DNA of 47,656 nucleotides from Eubacteriales bacterium (GTDB lineage Bacteria; Bacillota; Clostridia; Oscillospirales; CAG-382): NCBI GenBank assembly GCA_045535415.1, contig JAZSLO010000043.1, positions 1 to 47,656 of the forward strand, read 5' to 3'. Shown piece by piece: positions 41,346 to 47,656 of this stretch (position 1 is its first letter; each line of letters starts with the position of its first letter). The notes under the pieces were generated by a model. It saw only the letters and a program-made list of their open reading frames with translations, ran no database searches and was not told where the DNA came from. The position numbers and the translations under genes were made by a program.

Positions 41346-44300
41346 ATGAATGGTTTTGGAAAAAGAAAGAATATAGGCACATTTACATATGTTGTATCAA
41401 TAGTTTTCAGTATATTGTTTATAGCCCTTTGTGCTTTTTTGTTTTTTAAATTCGGAAGCGGAAAAACAATTTTTGCAAACGCGACAGATAAAAATACAAA
41501 TTCTCAGGTACAATCGGGAACTGTTTTGAAAGATGGAAATGAGGAAATGAGAGGCGTATGGATAGCATCGGTTCTCAACATAAATTTCCCCTCAAAGTCT
41601 GGTCTTTCCGAAAAAAACCTCAAGGCAGAAATTGAGGATATTGTAAAGACAGTAAAAGACGCAGGCTTCAATAGCATTTTCTTTCAGGTAAGACCAAGTG
41701 CTGATGCGCTTTACAATTCTGATATTTTCCCGAAATCAAAGTATTTGTCTGAAAACCAGGAAATGTTCAAAAAAGGCGATTTTGACTGCCTTGAATATAT
41801 GATAAAATGTGCTTCAAAGGAAAATATACAGGTTCACGCGTGGATAAATCCTTACAGAATCACAATGTATGAGACTGACGAAGAGAAAATCTGTGAGGAT
41901 AGCCCTGCAAACATCTATAAGGAATACACCGTAAAATATGCGGATAATAAGACATATTTCAATCCCGGAGAACCAAAGGTGCGAGAACTTGTGGTGGAGG
42001 GGGTTAAAGAAATATGCGAAAAGTATGAGGGACTTTCGGGAATACATTTTGACGATTATTTTTATCCATACCCCAAAGATAATGCGGAATTTGACGATGA
42101 TGATACATATAAAAAGTATGGCGGAAATCTTTCAAAAGAAGATTGGCGAAGAGAAAATGTAAACGCTCTTATAAAAGAAACATATGAAACAGTAAAGAGT
42201 ATAAATAAAGATTTGCAGTTTGGCGTGTCTGTGTTTGGCATATGGGCAAACAGTGATAATGAGACAGCCTATGTAAAGGGAAGTAATACATCAGGACTTG
42301 AGGGGTATTCCGACCTTTACTGCGATGCACTCTCCTGGGCAAAGGGCGGATATGTTGATTATATTGCACCTCAGAACTATTGGAGTTTTGACACAAAGAC
42401 AAGCGCATTTGACGATGTTGCAAGATGGTGGAACGCAAACCTTGACGGCAGCAGCACAAAGCTCTATATGGGCCATGCGGCATATAAGGCAAAAGACTTT
42501 GAAGAGGGCGAAATATATGCCCAAATTGAATTTTCAAGAACGCTTCTGACTTATGAGGGAAGCATATTCTACGGCTATGAGCAGATAAAGAATAATGATA
42601 ATAATGTTCTTGATGACATAAAAGAACTTTATAAAGATAAGGTTTATTATTCTGAAAGCAAAACAGACGACACACAGTTTTCGGTAAATTACCCTGCGGA
42701 AAACTCTTATGCAGAAAATAAAAACGCATATATTATAGGTTCTTCGGACTTAAGTTCTCCTCTTGAATTTGAAGGCGAGAAGGTTTCAAGAACAAAGGAC
42801 GGACACTTTACTGTAAACACTACTCTTGAAAAAGGCGAGAATGCGCTTTTGTTTGTTCAGGACGGAAAACAGTATGTTTATAATGTAAACTTCAATAATA
42901 AGCCCAAAGCACCGGCAAATGCGTATAAGACAATGACGGCATTTGAAATAGGTACTGTAAGTCCCGAGAAAGACACCTGGCTTGAAGTGGGACAAACTCT
43001 TCACCTAACTTGCGCCGCACCCTCTGGCAGTATTGTAACTGCCACTATCGGCGGAATGACGGTTAATCTTTCACCTACAATAAATCCGCCTGAAACTTCT
43101 GAATTTATGTATGAACTTTATAAAGGTGAGGTTGTGCCGTCGACTTTTGTAAAGGAAGGCGAAATAAAGGCACTCGGCACACTTGTTTTCAAGGCGCAAA
43201 AGGACGGAAAGATCGCCGAGAAAAAGGCGGGACTTATAAGCCAGATTGGTAAAAACGCTTTTGCTGTCGCTGAAGTCACAAAACATTATTCATATACAAA
43301 GATTGATCCCGAGTCGTCGTATTATGACGATTATCTTCCCTCGTCAAAGGGAATGAGAGATTATGTGGAAGAGCTTAAAGACGGATATTATAAACTGCGA
43401 TTCGGCGGATATATTGCAAAGGAAAATGTTGCAATAACCTTTGGTAAAACTCTTCTTGATAATAAGATTCTCACAACCGCAATGGAAGTTGTTGCAAAAG
43501 ATACCACAAATAACGATAATAATGCAACATATCTCAGATTTGGCTGTACGGAAAATGTTCCGATTGACGCATATTTTGAAAATGATAAGTTAAAGGTTAT
43601 TTTCTTTAATACAGATACATCTCTTATTCCTGCCTTTAATGTAACGGCAAATCCGCTTGTAAAGAGCGTTACGGGTAAAAAGGGAAGCCAGGCAAATACC
43701 GTTGAATATTATATTGAATTTAAGAATATAAATAATTTCTATGGATTTGATATTCTGTATGACGGCGGTATGATTATTGTAAAACTAAATAATCCGCAAA
43801 GACTTTCAAATAATGCACAAAAACCGCTTGAGGGCAAAGTTATAGTTGTCGATGCAGGACACGGTGGAATTGACTGCGGAGCACCCGGCCCCGGAAGAGT
43901 TCCCGAGGCAACGCTTAACTTTAATATTGCAAATGAATTGGTAGCAAAACTGCGCTCTCTTGGTGCAGAGGTTCTCACGACAAGAGATTCGGATAAACTT
44001 GTATCTTTGGAGGAGAGAATGTATTTCCTTGATGAAGTTTGTCCCGATATGGCAATATCCGTTCATCATAATTCAATAGCATCAGGATATGCCGCAAAGA
44101 CGAGAGGATATCTTGGACTTTGGTGCGGTGACGGCGGACGACTTCTTGCAAGCGTGGTTTCCAATACTGTTTGTCAAAAGTTAAACCGAGAACAGAAGCC
44201 AACAGCATATCAGCAGCTTGCCGTTGCAAGAAACCACAGATTCCCCTCAACGCTTTGTGAAATGTGCTTTATTTCAAATGTTGAAGAATATCAGTGGTCA

Positions 44301-44393
44301 ATAACCCCGGGAAATTATGAAAAATCAGCACAGGCGCTCGTGGACGGAATACTTGAATATTATAGAGTTCAGGAGGCATACCTTGTATACTGA
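41346..44393 (+). CDS. large membrane-anchored cell-wall hydrolase: GHL10 (YngK-like) glycoside-hydrolase-like domain plus C-terminal N-acetylmuramoyl-L-alanine amidase
   Basis: N-terminal TM helix. MRGVWIASV.NIDFP-type GHL10 start. C-terminal VIVVDAGHGGIDCGAPG...SVHHNS Amidase_3 signature. Confidence 0.75.
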   Translation: MNGFGKRKNIGTFTYVVSIVFSILFIALCAFLFFKFGSGKTIFANATDKNTNSQVQSGTVLKDGNEEMRGVWIASVLNINFPSKSGLSEKNLKAEIEDIVKTVKDAGFNSIFFQVRPSADALYNSDIFPKSKYLSENQEMFKKGDFDCLEYMIKCASKENIQVHAWINPYRITMYETDEEKICEDSPANIYKEYTVKYADNKTYFNPGEPKVRELVVEGVKEICEKYEGLSGIHFDDYFYPYPKDNAEFDDDDTYKKYGGNLSKEDWRRENVNALIKETYETVKSINKDLQFGVSVFGIWANSDNETAYVKGSNTSGLEGYSDLYCDALSWAKGGYVDYIAPQNYWSFDTKTSAFDDVARWWNANLDGSSTKLYMGHAAYKAKDFEEGEIYAQIEFSRTLLTYEGSIFYGYEQIKNNDNNVLDDIKELYKDKVYYSESKTDDTQFSVNYPAENSYAENKNAYIIGSSDLSSPLEFEGEKVSRTKDGHFTVNTTLEKGENALLFVQDGKQYVYNVNFNNKPKAPANAYKTMTAFEIGTVSPEKDTWLEVGQTLHLTCAAPSGSIVTATIGGMTVNLSPTINPPETSEFMYELYKGEVVPSTFVKEGEIKALGTLVFKAQKDGKIAEKKAGLISQIGKNAFAVAEVTKHYSYTKIDPESSYYDDYLPSSKGMRDYVEELKDGYYKLRFGGYIAKENVAITFGKTLLDNKILTTAMEVVAKDTTNNDNNATYLRFGCTENVPIDAYFENDKLKVIFFNTDTSLIPAFNVTANPLVKSVTGKKGSQANTVEYYIEFKNINNFYGFDILYDGGMIIVKLNNPQRLSNNAQKPLEGKVIVVDAGHGGIDCGAPGPGRVPEATLNFNIANELVAKLRSLGAEVLTTRDSDKLVSLEERMYFLDEVCPDMAISVHHNSIASGYAAKTRGYLGLWCGDGGRLLASVVSNTVCQKLNREQKPTAYQQLAVARNHRFPSTLCEMCFISNVEEYQWSITPGNYEKSAQALVDGILEYYRVQEAYLVY

Positions 44394-45042
44394 TAATATT
44401 GAAGATAAGAAAAGAAAAGCAAGAAAAATAGCAAAAGAGCTTGAAAAAATGTATCCTGACGCTAAATGCTCGCTTGAATACGAGGGCGATGCGTGGAAAC
44501 TTCTTGTAATGTCAAGACTTTCGGCACAGTGTACCGATGAGAGAGTAAATATTGTGTCGAAAGAACTTTTCAAGGTTTTTCCCGATGTTTATTCAATGAG
44601 AAATGCCAAGATAGAGAATATAGAAAAAATCATTTTCCCCTGTGGACTTTATCATACAAAGGCAAAGAATTTAAAAGAGATGTGCATCCAGCTCTGCGAA
44701 AATTTTAATGGACAGGTTCCTGATAATTTCGATGATTTGATGTCGCTTTCGGGCGTCGGCTCTAAAATTGCAAATCTTATGCTCGGTGATGTTTTCGGCA
44801 AAGGCGGAATTGTTGCGGACACGCATTGTATAAGAATTACAAATAGACTTTGTCTTGTAAACAGTAAAAATCAGAGCATTGTAGAGCGCACTCTGTCGCC
44901 TATTGTGCCAAAAAAAGCACAAAGTGACTTTTGTCATAGACTTGTTTTGTTTGGCAGAGAAATCTGCAAGGCACAAAATCCAAAGTGTAGTGAGTGCCCT
45001 TTAAGGAAAAAGAAACTTTGTGATTATCAAGATATAACTTAA
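44383..45042 (+). CDS. nth: endonuclease III
   Basis: TTG start 6 nt after AGGAGG. HhH-GPD (LMSLSGVGSKIANLML) and C-terminal CxxxxxxCxxCxxxxxC Fe-S cluster motif. Confidence 0.88.
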   Translation: MYTDNIEDKKRKARKIAKELEKMYPDAKCSLEYEGDAWKLLVMSRLSAQCTDERVNIVSKELFKVFPDVYSMRNAKIENIEKIIFPCGLYHTKAKNLKEMCIQLCENFNGQVPDNFDDLMSLSGVGSKIANLMLGDVFGKGGIVADTHCIRITNRLCLVNSKNQSIVERTLSPIVPKKAQSDFCHRLVLFGREICKAQNPKCSECPLRKKKLCDYQDIT

Positions 45043-45070
45043 AAAAGAGCGGTAAAACCGCTCTTTTTTT
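45043..45070 (+). terminator. intrinsic terminator after nth
   Basis: GAGCGG/CCGCTC stem followed by T7. Confidence 0.7.
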
Positions 45071-45137
45071 GTGCCGTTCACATATAATTTACACAAAAGT
45101 GTATTTGTGTTGATTTTGTGGTGGTAAATTATAACTG

Positions 45138-45164
45138 TTAGCACTCAAAAGAGCCGAGTGCTAA
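45138..45164. promoter_or_regulatory. CIRCE operator (HrcA binding site)
   Basis: TTAGCACTC-N9-GAGTGCTAA, a perfect match to the CIRCE consensus, upstream of hrcA. Confidence 0.9.
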
Positions 45165-45192
45165 AAGTTTAAAAAGTCAAGAGATGGTGATT

Positions 45193-46242
45193 ATGGATTT
45201 AAATCAGCGCAAAATGCAAATACTTAAATCAATAATTGACGAGTACATTGACAAAGGCGAGCCTGTCGGCTCAAAGCACCTTGTCGAGTATCAGAATTTG
45301 TCTCTTTCGCCGGCAACTATAAGAAACGAGATGTCGGAACTTGAAAAGATGGGGTATCTTGATAAACCTCACACTTCGGCAGGAAGAATTCCGTCAAATG
45401 AGGCATATAGAGTGTATATCGAAAAACTTATGGAAAGTTATATGCTCAATGTCGAGGAACTGTCGCTTCTCAATGAACTTACCACTTTCAAAATGAGTGA
45501 AATGGATAAACTTATAAAAAGGGCAGGCAGGGTTATTTCGGAAATTACAAATTGCGCATCGCTCTCGCTTGTTACGACAAGTTCTAAATTCTGCGTTTCA
45601 AGATACGATGCACTTTTGATTGATGATACAAGTTTTCTTCTTGTTATGGTGCTTCCCAGCGGCGAGACAAAATCGCAGCATATAAGACTTGCATCGGTTA
45701 TTGATGAAAACGATGTAAAACTTATAAAAAATTCGCTCAATGAGACAATGTGTAATGTTCCCTTGTCGGATGTTTCGCTTGTAAAACTTCTGGAACTTGA
45801 AAAGAAACTTCACAGGAATGCTCCGTATGCACAGATAATTGTCAAAAAGGCATACGAAACGCTCTCAAAAGACGAGAATGTTACTTTTGATGGAATCACA
45901 AATCTTTTGTCTTATCCTGAATTCAAGGATGTGGGAAAAGTAAAGAATCTTATAAGCCTTGTCGAAGAAAAAAGTTCATCTTTAAAAGATGTTTTCAAGT
46001 TTTCCGAGTATAAGGATAACCAAGATACAAAGGGCTTGAAAGTTTATATCGGTGACGAAAGCAATATACAAGAACTTTCGGATGCAAGTGTTGTTTTCTG
46101 CTCACTTCCTGTGGGCAATAACACAAACGCACATTTTGGAATTATAGGCCCAAAACGAATGGATTACAAAAAAGTAATCTCGGCTTTGAAGGCTCTCACT
46201 GATAAACTTGAAGAAACAATAACCCCCGAACTTTTGGAATAA
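45193..46242 (+). CDS. hrcA: heat-inducible transcription repressor HrcA (alternative start 45184)
   Basis: MDLNQRKMQILKSIIDEYIDKGEPVGSK N-terminus. Operon context with grpE and dnaK. Confidence 0.9.
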   Translation: MDLNQRKMQILKSIIDEYIDKGEPVGSKHLVEYQNLSLSPATIRNEMSELEKMGYLDKPHTSAGRIPSNEAYRVYIEKLMESYMLNVEELSLLNELTTFKMSEMDKLIKRAGRVISEITNCASLSLVTTSSKFCVSRYDALLIDDTSFLLVMVLPSGETKSQHIRLASVIDENDVKLIKNSLNETMCNVPLSDVSLVKLLELEKKLHRNAPYAQIIVKKAYETLSKDENVTFDGITNLLSYPEFKDVGKVKNLISLVEEKSSSLKDVFKFSEYKDNQDTKGLKVYIGDESNIQELSDASVVFCSLPVGNNTNAHFGIIGPKRMDYKKVISALKALTDKLEETITPELLE

Positions 46243-46259
46243 AGGAAAGGAAAATATAA

Positions 46260-46826
46260 ATGGCAAAGAACGAGAAACAGCAGAGTGCTGAAGAAACAGT
46301 AGAAACAAAAGAAAAAGAAACTGCAAAAAAATCAGAGAGAAAAGAAAAACTCAATGAAAAAATTCTCGCTGATAAAGAAAAAGAGATAGAGGAACTTAAA
46401 GCAAAGATTTCCGAAAATGAAGATAAATATCTTAGAATGCTTGCAGAATATGATAATTTCAGAAAGAGAGCACAAAAGGAAAAAGATTCAATGTATGCCG
46501 AAGGCAAGGCTGATGCAATAGAAAAACTTCTTGAAGTGCTTGATACACTTGAAAGAGCAACTTTGGTCGACATAGAAAATTCAACAGCAAAGAGCGTTGT
46601 TGACGGTGTTGTAAAGGTTCTCGAAATGGCAAGTAGCGTTTTTGAAAAACTCGGAGTTGAGGAAATAAGCGCGAAGGGCGAAAAGTTTGACCCTAATTTT
46701 CATAATGCGGTAATGCACGACGAAAATGATGAATTTGAGGAAAACACGGTTTCCGAAGTGTTCCTTAAAGGTTATAAAATGGGCGATAAAGTAATAAGAC
46801 ATTCTGTAGTAAAAGTATCAAACTAA
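46260..46826 (+). CDS. grpE: nucleotide exchange factor GrpE
   Basis: ..YLRMLAEYDNFRKRAQKE.. signature and position. Confidence 0.9.
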   Translation: MAKNEKQQSAEETVETKEKETAKKSERKEKLNEKILADKEKEIEELKAKISENEDKYLRMLAEYDNFRKRAQKEKDSMYAEGKADAIEKLLEVLDTLERATLVDIENSTAKSVVDGVVKVLEMASSVFEKLGVEEISAKGEKFDPNFHNAVMHDENDEFEENTVSEVFLKGYKMGDKVIRHSVVKVSN

Positions 46827-46831
46827 AATAG

Positions 46832-47656
<825 letters not shown>

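Overview
Chromosomal segment of a low-GC, endospore-forming Firmicute (Clostridia-like). Host markers are cotJA-cotJB-cotJC, nth and a CIRCE-hrcA-grpE-dnaK operon. Most of the window (2028-39758, about 37.7 kb) is an apparently complete temperate prophage with a contractile tail, integrated inside the spore-coat gene cotJC. Both junctions carry the same 12-nt core, GACCGCCGAACT. Deleting the element in silico restores the CotJC reading frame exactly (..IIMSQFGG|PDGELAAS..). The phage large serine recombinase gene ends 25 bp inside attL. The cotJC piece left of attL also stops about 50 codons short of the family C-terminus. A second, convergent large serine recombinase gene (4-1560) lies 140 bp beyond that stop. 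cotJC therefore seems to be split into three pieces by two elements, with the second element extending left of the window. Prophage layout: cI-like repressor plus integrase, a cro-type switch, a recombination/replication module (RecE-like nuclease, annealing protein, ERCC4 nuclease, PAPS-reductase-like protein, SSB, replisome organizer), terminase, portal, capsid genes, sheath/tube/tape-measure/baseplate genes (PBSX Xkd-like order), tail fibre, holins and an M23 endolysin. Accessory cargo includes: a head-morphogenesis (MuF/SPP1 gp7) protein fused to a deaminase-like toxin domain with an adjacent immunity gene; dinJ-yafQ; a HigB-like/HTH/SecB-like tripartite toxin-antitoxin-chaperone (TAC) module; a candidate type I toxin-antitoxin locus (34-aa membrane peptide between convergent consensus promoters); and a tail-fibre/LRR protein inserted between terminase and portal. 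Two small phage genes just inside attR are positioned for read-through from the cotJ operon. They are candidate sporulation-coupled excision factors. All functional calls rest on motif recognition by eye; no database search was run.
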